From positions 33,606,001-33,670,000 of the forward strand of contig CM052818.1 of NCBI GenBank assembly GCA_028534125.1: a DNA stretch of 64,000 bases, given 5' to 3'. Within the stretch, counting starts at the first letter, position 1; each line of letters begins with the position of its first letter. The translations under genes were made by a program, and so were the position numbers. Source of the DNA: Lama glama. Taxonomy: Eukaryota. Shown here one piece after another: positions 52,995-64,000 of this stretch. The notes under the pieces were generated by a model. It did no database searches and was not told the DNA's origin. It saw nothing but the letters and a program-made list of their open reading frames with translations.

Positions 52995-53388
52995 GTTTTA
53001 TGGGCTGAACTGTGTCCCGCCCAAAATTCATGTTGAAGTCCCAACCCCCAGTACCTCAGAATGCAACATATTTGGAGATAAAATCTTGAAAGAGGTGATT
53101 AAGTTAAAATAAGACTGTTCAGGTGGCCCTGATCCAATACGACTGGCATCCTTAAAAGCAGGAGAGAACCGCCTGAAGTGCAAGTGCACGGAGGGACGAC
53201 CACATTAAGAAGCAGCAAGAGGGCAGCCACTTGCAAGCCAAGGAGAGAGGCCTCAGAGGAAACCAGCCCTGCTGGCACACTGATCATGGACTCCTAGCCT
53301 CCACAGTTGAGAGAGAATAAATTTCTGATATTTAAGCCGCATAGTCTGTGGTATTTTGTCATGGCAGCCCTAGCACATTATTATACGA
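52995..53388 (+). mobile_element. MLT1 (MaLR) solo LTR, MLT1B-like
   Basis: tatgggctgaactgtgtccc...ggagagaggcctcagaggaaaccagccctgctggcac...gtggtattttgtcatggcagccctagca. Confidence 0.85.
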
Positions 53389-53820
53389 GGTTCAGGTCTT
53401 TGGGGTGATGAAAACCCTTTACAAGCTGAGTCTATAAATAAGGATGTATATAAAACAAAACTTACACCAGTGAAGTATCAGAGGATAGTAGGAAGATCAC
53501 AAAACTCAAGAGACGTAAGACCTGGATTTGACTGCATCTAGTTACTTGATGACGGTGTGATCTTGTATTTAACCTCCCTGACACTGTTTCCTCAGTTGTG
53601 AGAGGTGATAATTCCCACATGTCATAAGGCGTTGGAAGGATTAAATGAAATAAGAAAAACCATATGGCAGAGCCAGGAGCCAAGTGCACAGACTACGTTA
53701 TTAACAAATGTTAGCTGAGTCTGAATATTACAACATCCATCCACCAGGAAAAAAGCATCAAATGCAAGAAATCTTTTCTTAAATGCAACATTCATCATAA
53801 ATTAATAAATTGGTACTCTG

Positions 53821-53936
53821 TGCATATATATGTATATGGATGACTGAAACATTATGCTGTACACCAGAAATTGATGCAACATTGTAAACTGACTTGACTT
53901 CAATTTAAAAAAAAGAAGAAATTAATGAATTAAAAA
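53821..53936 (+). mobile_element. Short camelid-type L1 3' end with TSD
   Basis: TSD AAATTGGTA(C/T)TCTG at 53807-53820 and 53937-53950; A-rich tail. Confidence 0.8.
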
Positions 53937-54188
53937 AAATTGGTATTCTGATTCACAAATCAGTTACATGCAAATTGACTGGCATGAATCAATTTTATCA
54001 ATTCTTGATAATCCTAGGCTGAAGAGAAAAATCCAAGAACCACGTCCTGGGAAAGACGGGATCATACCAAACCCACGGCCCTTTTGTACATTACTGTGGG
54101 ATGAGTCATTTGAGTTTTAAAGGAAAGAGAAAACTTAGCTTAGGATAACACAAGAGCTAAAAGTTTAACACCCTGACTCACAACTTAC

Positions 54189-54300
54189 CCCTACTGTTCC
54201 AGTTTTTAATTTGAATTTGCTTCCTCCTTTCATGGCACCAAAGAGAGGCAATGTAAGCTTTTTAGCTTTGCTTTCTCCATCTGTAGCTTGATTTTCAGTT
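54189..54300 (-). CDS. SLC4A1AP: SLC4A1AP exon (TENQATDGESKAKKLTLPLFGAMKGGSKFKLKTGTVG)
   Basis: 112 nt; acceptor ttcttcctag, donor GGG|GTAAGT. Confidence 0.95.
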
Positions 54301-54805
54301 CTAGGAAGAAACAATAATTTTATATATATGTATTTTTTCCAGCAAGGCCAAGGTTTTATCTAAAAATGCCATGACAAAGAAAGTTTTGGCAAAACAAAAA
54401 TTTCCACAAAGTGAACATTTACATATATGCCAAGAAGAAAGAAGTATGAATGGACAACAGAGTATGAATGGACAACACTGCTGATTATCACAGACATACA
54501 GCTATTAAGGACAAGATGAGGCTGCTACCTTAGTCTAGTAATTTGCAACATGCTATGTGACTTCCCATTCATAGAATGATGCCTACAGTACACAGGTCAC
54601 TGGCAAAGGAGAATATATAAGCATGATCCCATCCCCAAGAAGTGGCAGGAGATGGACCCATGGTATAAAACCCTACTTCCCACCAGTCTCTGAAGAGGAC
54701 TCACAGTGCTTTACTTACCTGGAGCCCACACTTGTTATAACCACACACAACAGTTCTGAGCACAGAAGTTTAATAAACAAAAGTGCACAGAAGTTTAAAA
54801 AAAAA

Positions 54806-54807
<2 letters not shown>

Positions 54808-54841
<34 letters not shown>
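54808..54841. repeat. (GT)17 microsatellite
   Basis: Perfect dinucleotide run after a poly-A. Confidence 0.95.
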
Positions 54842-54843
<2 letters not shown>

Positions 54844-56383
54844 GGGGCAGGAGGCAGGATAGCCTGTGTAGTGAGTAATGACAAAGACCTAGTAAGAAAC
54901 CCTACAACTAGTGAGCTCATCAACATTCTCACTGGCTGGATATAAAGCTAAGCACATAAGAGTAAAGCAGAGGAAGGGCAAAAAGATTGTAGAGATTAGA
55001 AAAGAGCAAAGAAGAAGAAGAAGAACAGACGAAAAACGAAAAGGACAGCAGTTGAGTTGACATGTTCAGAGAATAGGCAGAGGTGACAATGACAAGGTAG
55101 CAGGAGGAGACAGAGGCAAGAAAGCCCTACACTTTCTTCACACTGACTACAGGACAACCCTGCAACCTGGAATGTAAAGACAGTATTGGCACTCCTGACT
55201 CACAGGACCCATACAAGAAACTGACTACCCTGTCTACCTACCCTGAAGCCCCATGGGCCACGACTGCCTTCTTTTACTTCAGTGGTGCTCTTGAGCTGAG
55301 CCTCACCCCCTTTCTACCAGAGACTGACCCATTGCCTTGCTAAGGCCACCACAGGAATCCTGCCTGCCTGGCCTTAAAGACACTTTGTCAAATCACCCTT
55401 CACAGTCTCTCCCCACAAGACTCAGGAAGCAGAGAAAGGCAAAGACCAACACATATTTCTCAGCTCCATTAAATAGCTTGGCTGGCCAGAGAACATGCAA
55501 AGACTACCAAAGGAGATGAAAAAGTGGAAGATGAAATCATAATCAAGGGTTGCTTGTGGATGGACGAGGGGTGGACTTAGGGAGGAAGTTTAGAAGTTCC
55601 ACTCTCAAGTAAGAAGAGGAGGGACAAGATCTGAAGGCCAGTATCTAAAGTAGGAAAGGGAGGGGACACTAGGCAGACACACAGACAGCAGGAAGGGAGG
55701 CTCTGGAGGAAGCTATTTGTCTTCTAGCTCAGAACACCTCTCAGGGCTGACTTACCAAATTAAAGGATTACAGAGTTGAAATTAAAACTCACTGTTAATT
55801 TGTTTAGTCTCGACTATGCCTCCTGAGTTTTTATGTTTTCTCCATAAAAACAATATTACAAACAGTTACTAAGTATAACAGAAATAGTAAAAATTACGAC
55901 AATGATGACAACAATAATACATACATGCCAGCACTTTAAATGCTATTCGTTTAATCTTTTCACTATCATTACTTCCAATTTACAGATGAGGAAAACAAAA
56001 ATCAATGAAGTGAAATAACCTGCCTCAAAATTCCCAAGAAGTAATTGACAGAGCTGAGAATGAAACCCAGGAAGTCTAAACCCAGGTAAGCTAACCTACC
56101 TCCGCACTATCGATAACTCTGATATCATTTGTGTAAATAGACTTCTGTGGACTGAACTATGAATCACTGTATTAAATATCCAAACCACATATAAATCTTC
56201 GAACAAGCCTGCTAGTAATTTGGGGATAAATTTTCTGTACAGATGATCAAGAGCTCCAGAAACATTTCATGTCTACAGCTCTGTAAAGAGAGATGCCTCT
56301 CAATGAATACTCTTCTATGCAGTGCCCCCAGCATCAAGCTACAGGTTCTGTACACATAGTAAATGCTTAATGACAATCTAAAG

Positions 56384-56618
56384 CAGCACTGTCCAACAGA
56401 ACACAGGAGACAGACAGCCATCATTTTCCAATGATGTTCCAACAGATATTCCATCACTAGGAATGTTCTATGTCTGCGCTGCCTGATACAGTAGCCACTA
56501 GCCACATGCAGCTATTGAGCACTTGAAATATGGCCAATGTGACTGAGGAACTGAATTTTTAACTTTATGTAATTTAAATATCACATGTGACTACTAGGTG
56601 TTGTACTAAACAGCACAG
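56384..56618. mobile_element. MER3 hAT-Charlie element
   Basis: gtagccactagccacatgcagctattgagcacttgaaat...gactgaggaactgaatttt; 8-bp TSD ATCTAAAG/ATCTAAAA. Confidence 0.8.
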
Positions 56619-57454
56619 ATCTAAAAAAACACAAATTTTCTATAGTTAACTACCTTCATAAGTGAGTGAACACACCTAGGTAGTACCACTTTTTAAAAAG
56701 CCCACCTGGAATGTATTCATTGGGGGTTGCTTACTTCTATAACCACCTATACAACATTTTCAAAAATTTGTTATGACCACACAGAACACAATTTTGAAAT
56801 ATTGTCAAGTTGAAAGATTGCATCTCTCACACACACACTCACACACATTCACACTCACTCACTTAAAAGTACTAACCAACTCTGGGAAAAATTATTCTTA
56901 AAATCTTGTTTACAAATTACTCAAAAATCTTCTAGATGTCTGCAAATCTGCACTCACATCTTTTCATCTGTGGCTTTAAAATCATAGATTAAAAATGGTA
57001 TTACATTGTAGTATTTGTTTTTCTCTTATTATGAGTGAGGTTGAGCATCTTTTCATACAGTTAAGAGCTACGTGTATTTCTTTTTCAGTGGCATGTCAGT
57101 TTATATACTTTGCCCATTTGTCTCGTTGGTGGATCTTTAAATATTAGGGCAATTAGCTTTCTGTGCATGTTACTCTTTAAAGCAGCTTACTTTGCACTAA
57201 GAGAGTAAGTGAAAAGCTCAGAGCCCTCCAGTGAAAGAGGATTCAATACGGTTTTCTCTAAAAATCCTGTAGCAGTCTATATATCACAAATGAAATGGGT
57301 TTTTAGTTACTCCACGAAACCACTGCCTTCTGTGCTTTAAAGAGTTTCTTATATTCTAGTCCATAATGATTACCTAAAAAAAATAAAGATATAATTCAGT
57401 TATCTATGCAAATACACTTATTTAAAATTCCAAGTATAACTAAGACTGACTTAC

Positions 57455-57641
57455 TTTTTTAGTTCTGGAATCTCTGCTGGCTTTACAATTTTTATCAACC
57501 CTTTAAGTCTCTGCTGTTCCTTTCTCAGTTCAAAAGTTCTCAGGTGAAGCTTCTTCCGGGACACACCATCTAATGCACTCCCTGATTTCATTTCTGACAT
57601 GAATGCATCTAAAGAGTCCTGAGATGGTGACTCTGAGAGAG
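57455..57641 (-). CDS. SLC4A1AP: SLC4A1AP exon (ALSESPSQDSLDAFMSEMKSG...KIVKPAEIPELKK)
   Basis: 187 nt; acceptor ggacag, donor AAA|GTAAGT; frame continuous. Confidence 0.95.
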
Positions 57642-58003
57642 CTGTCCAAGAAAGGGATAATAAATATTCAGAAAAGTGGCCTCAAATATTTTAAAATTCA
57701 GTCCAAGTTTCCATAGAAAAGTCACTAACATAAAGCTAGAGAGAGGGCATTATTGATATTAAGAATAAGGAAACTGGTTATGTCTTAGGACATCACTTTG
57801 CCTCAATGGGCTTTATTTAATTCATCTATTAGAGGTTACACCAAGTAATTTATAAAGTTCTTTCTAGTTCTAAAATGCTATGTTTCTCCTTAGGAATCCA
57901 TACCCTGTATATCTTATTAACCAATGTAGCCTCAGTGCCTAGCAGAGTACACTACATACAGTAGATGCTAAATAAATATTTGTTTAATGAGTCATTACCT
58001 TAC

Positions 58004-58073
58004 CTTTGCTGGAGGCTTTTAGTCTCTCAGAAATTTCAGAGAGTTCCTTTTCAGCATCATTTAACTTTGCAAC
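58004..58073 (-). CDS. SLC4A1AP: SLC4A1AP exon (VAKLNDAEKELSEISERLKASSK)
   Basis: 70 nt; acceptor gttctag, donor AAG|GTAAGG; coiled-coil-like sequence matching kanadaptin. Confidence 0.95.
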
Positions 58074-58469
58074 CTAGAACGGGCAAATTAACAGGATTAG
58101 CAAATGCTTTCCTTCTTTCAAAATACGGTAGCTTTCCTTATCTTCCTCTTCTTATTTTTATTATTGTGAAAAGTTTTAAGAGGATTAATTCAGAAGTCCA
58201 ATTAAATCTGCTCCTCCTAGAGTTAACTTTTTTCATTTGTTTAATTCTAACTGAATTAACTTCTGAATTAAATAACTAAGACTTAAACAGAAGAAATGCA
58301 CAGAACACAGACTTTATTTTACTCAAAAGAAAGAACTCAAGGCATTTGTTTTCACTGATGAATCAAAGGATAGCTATTGGGTAATGTTTTAAGCTCTGGA
58401 TACTACTTAATATAGTGAAACACAGGCCATCTTATGATAATTTCATGAAGGATACACTGTTTAAGGCTA

Positions 58470-58791
58470 CAGGCATACCTCATTTTATTGAGCTTCACTT
58501 TACTGAACTTTGAAGATATTGCATTTTTTACAAACTGTAGTTTGTGACAACCCTGCATTGTCAGATGATGGTAAGCATTTTTTAACAATAAAGTATTTTT
58601 TTTAATTAGGGTAGGTCCTTTTTTTTTTCTTGAGATAATGCTATAACCCACTTAATAGATTACAGTATAGTGTGAATATACCTTTTACACGTACTGGGAA
58701 ACCAAAAAATATATGTGACTCACTTTATTGCAATGTTTGCTTTACTGCAGTGGGCCGGAATTAAACCTGCAAAATCTCTGAGGTGGGCCTG
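58470..58791. mobile_element. Non-autonomous Tigger1 deletion derivative (TcMar-Tigger)
   Basis: Terminal inverted repeats CAGGCATACCTC ... GAGGTGGGCCTG, TA on the left flank, both Tigger1 ends joined without transposase. Confidence 0.85.
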
Positions 58792-59168
58792 CATTACCAA
58801 ACTACTCAAAATTTCTCTCATGATTCTTGATTGCCGAAAGCCTAAGGTCAAGTTTACCTCAGATTGTCCCAATTTGGAACTTTTCCTTTCTTTTTTGAGA
58901 GGTAAGATCATATCCAAAGAATGCTAAATAATGGGTCAATACTCACCTGGAGGTGGACAGAGTCTCTAGCAGCAAGCTAAACTCTTCCCCAACTTAGATA
59001 AGACTAGTTGTTTGTAACCATCAAATTTATGGATCACAAAACTTATACTTCAGTACAAGATTTCAGTCCTACTGCTTTAAAAATTGTAATTATAAAACAA
59101 ATTTAAACAATACATTATTTCATTAAAAAAATTAAACCACCACAGCTACTTCTATAAGTAATACTTGC

Positions 59169-59329
59169 CAGTGATTCAAAGGTCTCTGGCTTCTCGTCAA
59201 TCTTCCCAGCCTTCTTCATTCGGTTCAGACGCTTCTTTTCAACCAGGCCTGTCCGATCAAGATATGTGTCATCGTCACTGTCATAAAAGTCTTCATCTTC
59301 CCAGTTCTTGGCTTTCCTTTTCCGAGATA
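59169..59329 (-). CDS. SLC4A1AP: SLC4A1AP exon (VSRKRKAKNWEDEDFYDSDDDTYLDRTGLVEKKRLNRMKKAGKIDEKPETFESL)
   Basis: 161 nt; acceptor tctacctctag; ends at non-canonical donor CTG|GCAAGT, which keeps frame with the next exon (VAKLN...). Confidence 0.95.
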
Positions 59330-59482
59330 CTAGAGGTAGATAAAATAAATGATAATCAATAAATTTTAAAAAGAGAAAAAGAAAAAGAAGGCAAGTAAGC
59401 AAGTAGCTTAAAATATCACCATCAATTATTGAAAGAGATGATTCAACAAGCTGCCAAACTACATATTAAAACAAAGGGCTAA

Positions 59483-59806
59483 ACCTTGAAGCCACTATTA
59501 TAAGTGAAATAAGCCGAATAGAAAAAGACATGTATCGCATGAGTTCACATACATGAAGTACTTAAAATAGTCAAATTCCTATAGGCAGAAAAGTAGAAAG
59601 CTTGTTACCAGGGGCTGGAGGGAGGAAAAATGGGAAGTTACTGTTTAATGGGTTCCAAGTTTTAGTACGGGATGATGAAAAAGTTTTGAGACAGATAGTT
59701 GTGATGGTTACTCAACATGAGTATATTTAATGTCAAGGAACTGTATACTTAAAAACGCTTAACATGGTAAATTTTATGTTACATATATTTTACCACAATA
59801 AAAAAG
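59483..59806 (+). mobile_element. L1MB 3' end with perfect flanking direct repeat
   Basis: TTAAAACAAAGGGCTAA at 59466-59482 and 59807-59823; ends atggtaaattttatgttacatatattttaccacaataaaaaa. Confidence 0.85.
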
Positions 59807-60269
59807 TTAAAACAAAGGGCTAATTTATTTAATGAGCAAAAAGCTCTCAAAAATCAATGAGTGAAACAGGAAAAAGATAAATGAGGAAAAGATCAATAAT
59901 CCAAAAGAAAATTCTTAAAATAATAAAAGCAGTCCACAAAAAAAGACAAATGGCCAACAAACATATGAAAAGATGTTAAACTTTTTTAATGACTTAAAAA
60001 AAACAAATTATGAGAAACTATTTCTTACCTATTAGACTAGAAAAAACAGAAAAAATTTGGCAATTTGGCAAGAGTATGGGGAAATGGATTCTCAAACAGT
60101 TGGTAGGAATGTACACTGACATAATCTTTTTGATGGTCAATCTTGCCACATTTGCCAACATTAAAAATGCAATTAATCCAGCAATTCTACTTATAGGAAT
60201 TTTTCCTATACATATCAATGCAACATGGTAACAGTGAGAATCTAGAAAGCCCATCAATAGGGGACTATG

Positions 60270-60800
60270 GGAGCTATTACTTTTTTTGTCTACCCCATGT
60301 CATCTTACCTGTCTTGTTCTGGTAAAAGTACCCCCATCCTCTAGAAAATTCCTCCCCTATTCCATTTGGATTAGGGGTTTCACGTGACCAAAGCCAGATC
60401 AGTAAGACTCCTTCCTTCATACTTATATTTAGACATAGGGGAAAAGAGGCTCTTTTCCTAATGAGGTTATTAAAAAGGGAAGATATAAGTCCAGGGCCGC
60501 AAGCAACCAGTTTCTCAACATGGGGTGAGAATCTGTCTGCAAAACAAACAAACAAAAACCTGCACTCATGAGACAGACTCACTCACAGATTCACACAGAC
60601 AGCTTTTATGTGTCCTGCTGATACTGAGTTCTGATTTGGTAGCACTAAGTTCTGCTTCCAGAACTTGAGGTCCTGGTTCATGCAGCTCTTCCTTCAGTCT
60701 TGTGAGGTACTCTTCCCAGCTTCTGCAGCCACTAACCTGGTCCTTAAACTAATCTGAATTAGGTTTCTATTACTTGCAACCAAAACCGTCCTATTAATAT
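60270..60800 (+). mobile_element. LTR16-like solo LTR
   Basis: cacgtgaccaaagccagatcag...taggtttctattacttgcaaccaaaa...cctattaata. Confidence 0.55.
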
Positions 60801-60809
60801 AAACCTGAT

Positions 60810-61850
60810 AATTTCCAGGTTAAGTTGGTACACTGAAATACACATCTAATTTCATTCTCTCCTCATACCCTACTAAAACTGCAGCAAAGAGACCTTTTTT
60901 AAAAGACATTAATCTACAAAGACAATGAGAACAGGAGTGTGGACAGCAACACCAAATTTTTGGAAATTAGAAAGTAGACAGATGAATGGAAACTAACTTA
61001 GCAGAACCAAAAAAAAAAAAAAAAAAAAAAAAGAATCCTAAAAACCAACAGTGGGGAAAGCTGAGAATCAATCAAGAAAATCCTCAGAAGGATCTGAAAC
61101 TGTGGCTGGATAGTAGTGCTAAAATGAGGACTGGGTAAAAGCTGAGAAACAGGTCCTCCTCCCTATCTACTCACCTTCTTCTAAAATAATTATATTTTCA
61201 GAGTGGAGGGTTTAATAAAGTTTACTTGCAATACATCCTTTCTCAGGAATCCTCTAAAGGATGTCCACCAAAACAATAGTAGACCAAGAAAAATGAAAGA
61301 TGTGAAATCCATTGAAGACTACCATCATCCGTACCCCCTATTGCTGTACCAGCTTTCTAACCTGCTAAAACTACAGAAAGATGTGCTCCACTAAAACAAG
61401 GGAATAAACTAAGAAATATGAGAATCAGAGAGTCACGAAAAACAGAAAATTCAACCCTGGAGAAAAAGAAAGGAAATCTTATGGAAAACAGTAAGGTGAA
61501 GTCCCAGAAGACTGTTCTGCAGCAGGCCTAGAGGGCAGTAACCCCTAGAAGAATGAGAACAGTGTTCTTCAGGAGAAATGTCTCCCAAAAAATCAGAAGT
61601 GATAAATTACTTAATGTGACTGACCATGTGGGAAAACATACTGAAAGGTGTGGGAAGAATGAGTAAGAGATATCAAAAAATCAAACACATGAAAAACAAA
61701 CACAATTATTAACTTCAGGGAAAACAACAACAAAAAAACTGTTCAGTTGTGACTAATATCTGCATAAACATAATCATGTAAATACTAAAATACTAACTTA
61801 ACAAAGTCAATAGATAACATTCAAAATAAATGACTCAAAATATAAAAGCA
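60810..61850 (+). mobile_element. Degenerate old LINE (HAL1/L1M-like) with poly-A run near 61008-61032
   Basis: A-rich decayed LINE-like sequence resembling 9430-11570. Confidence 0.4.
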
Positions 61851-62589
61851 TACCCATTTTTTAGAGATACAGATTTTTTTTCTACATTTACTCTTTTTTT
61901 AATTGAAGTATGTTAATTTACAATAGTATATTAATTTCAGGTGTATAGCATAGTGATTCTGTTTTTGTTTTTGTTTTTGTTTGCAGATTATATGCAATCA
62001 TAGATTATTACAGGATATTGGCTTAGAAATATGGATATTTTAAAATGCCAGAAGAAATAATTGAAAGAGTTAAAAGCCTTCTAGGGATGAAGACTGGGGA
62101 GGGGCAGAACAAGGAACACTTATATCTTGTTTACAAGCCTTAATAGTTTTAAATTATACATAAGTTACTTTGCAATAATAAAAATTAATTTTAGGATAAA
62201 TAAAAATATAAGCCTTATTAATAAATAACTAATACCCAGACAGGTTTTTTTTTTTAAATAAGGTAAATTTAATGCAATGTTATGGAAAAATATCAGGATA
62301 CATTCTTATGTTAAAAAAGTCACAAAAGAGTATAAGTAATATAAATGTATTTGTGTATGAGTGCTTGTTTTTGGTAAAGGATCTAGTTCTGAATCCCATT
62401 TATATGCTTGGAAAATGTCTAAGAGAATATAAACAGTACTGGGTATGAGTTAGGGAATTTATTCTTTACACCTCATAGGATTCTGCACAATTTATATTTT
62501 CTGCCTAAAAAAAGGTTTTATTACCTTATGTATTCAATTTTCCTTCTTTCTTTCTTTTCTTAAAGAAAAAAGTGCTCCCACATACTCAC

Positions 62590-62729
62590 CTGCCTCCTGC
62601 CGAAGCAATCCCAAAGTATCGAGGATTCGACAAGCTTCCAGTGAGCACTGGATCATTGCTTCTTTTTTCTTTCCTGAGTGAATGGCCTCAGCCACCAGCT
62701 GTTTTCCGGTTGAATCATCCACAGGTAAT
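62590..62729 (-). CDS. SLC4A1AP: SLC4A1AP exon ([46 protein letters not shown]), dsRBD-like region
   Basis: 140 nt; AG acceptor, donor CAG|GTGAGT; overlaps ORF 62534..62722. Confidence 0.96.
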
Positions 62730-63067
62730 CTGCATTGGTTTGGAAGGAATTACAGCACAGTATTAAGCTCCAATTTTCATGAAAAAAGTACTATGCTATG
62801 ATAATAGTCATGTTTTTTGAAATGGCTTTTTAATCTCCCAGTTCATTTTGTTCTATCTTGCCAAGGTTGGACTTCAAATCCTTTCCGTCCACTTTTTACC
62901 CATCCCACCCCACCCCCAATGCGTTACTAAATAATCAAGGCCCAAATTCAGGAAAAGCCTTAATTTTAAATTAAGACTAAAGTTGCTCTTTGGGTTGTCT
63001 ATAACCATAATTTAAACCTGAAATTGGCCACTTTCCAGAAGTTGACATTAATGAGTAAAGGACATAC

Positions 63068-63128
63068 CTCACTCTGCAGAGCCAAGTGCTATGGCCCTGT
63101 TCATCAAATTCATATTCTAATTCTTCTC
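63068..63128 (-). CDS. SLC4A1AP: SLC4A1AP exon (GEELEYEFDEQGHSTWLCRVR)
   Basis: 61 nt; acceptor ttcctcccacag, donor GAG|GTATGT; phases fit neighbouring exons. Confidence 0.95.
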
Positions 63129-63921
63129 CTGTGGGAGGAAGAAAGACAAAACAAATTTAATAGCATCTGAAAATTACTAGTTGATATGAAGGGAAAGAGA
63201 GCAAAGGCTAAATATGAATATAAAGTTCTCATACCACACTGAATACTAAATTGCAAAGCACTTAACTTCACATTCCTAGAAATTATCATCTGATAATGAA
63301 GTTTGGATGAGCTTGAGGCAGAGAAACATAAACTCAGATCAAAACAATCAACTCTCTATACAGAGTTTTGTCCAATATATAGTAGCTTTCACATTGATTA
63401 TAAGTTGTAGACTTAAGTTGTTAATTTGCCACAGCTACCTAGTTTTTAGGAGCATAAATATTAAGTGCAGAATACAATGTTCATATATATATTTATATTC
63501 ATACATAAACATGCATATAACACACATACATACACATAGATGTTACCTCAGAGCATCCCTATTGAAACAATCCTCCTTAAATCATATAAAGTGAAAATCC
63601 ATGTTAAGAATTACAAAAGATCAGGTGAATTAGAAACAAAAAAATTTTAAGTTGGGTCGATCTTCCCACAATCCAAGCCTAGGATCTTTTGAGAGGAATT
63701 AGATGAGTCAGGAAAAAGTACTTCCTTTTTCCCAAGACACGAAAAAAGACTAACAAGATTTTCACTATTTTCAAAATAAACCTGAAACAACTGACCACAC
63801 AGGCAAGAACTGAACAAGGAGGACAGCAGAAAAAATAGAATGTTTCTAAGTACTTGAAGGTCTAGAAAACAAAACTGTTGTGGATACATTTTACTGGCAG
63901 GGTCAGAATCTGTTTACATAC

Positions 63922-64000
63922 CTTCTCGGTCAAAAAAACCTTGAAGAGCCTTTTTTGGATCCTTTATATAAAAGGCTTCCCTCTCCTGCTGAAACTCTAA
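63922..64000 (-). CDS. SLC4A1AP: SLC4A1AP (kanadaptin) coding exon, truncated by window edge (LEFQQEREAFYIKDPKKALQGFFDRE-G)
   Basis: Manual translation matches recalled mammalian kanadaptin; donor AAG|GTATGT with intron starting at 63921, phase 1. Confidence 0.95.

Overview
Mammalian genomic DNA, most likely a camelid. This rests on a tRNA-Ala-derived Vic-1-type SINE, camelid-type L1 3' ends and an artiodactyl-type Tigger1 deletion element; I saw no Alu, Bov-A or PRE-1 SINE. The right-hand ~17 kb holds the 3' part of SLC4A1AP (kanadaptin) on the minus strand: 12 coding exons (the first cut by the window edge) that splice into one open frame ending ...GRTHLNDKYGY*, followed by a ~290 nt 3' UTR and an ATTAAA signal. 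Two of its introns appear to use non-canonical GC donors. The left ~47 kb has no recognisable protein-coding gene. It is rich in old repeats (MIR, L2, L1M, MER DNA transposons, LTRs) and contains a 5'-truncated HNRNPD (AUF1) processed pseudogene with target-site duplications, which the ORF track misses. It also has two CpG-rich promoter-like islands with consensus splice donors, a tiny CpG-dense patch and candidate enhancer motif clusters. I found no clearly new biological system; the best leads are speculative unannotated transcription units. Gene and repeat identities come from recalled sequences, not database searches, and most repeat boundaries are approximate.
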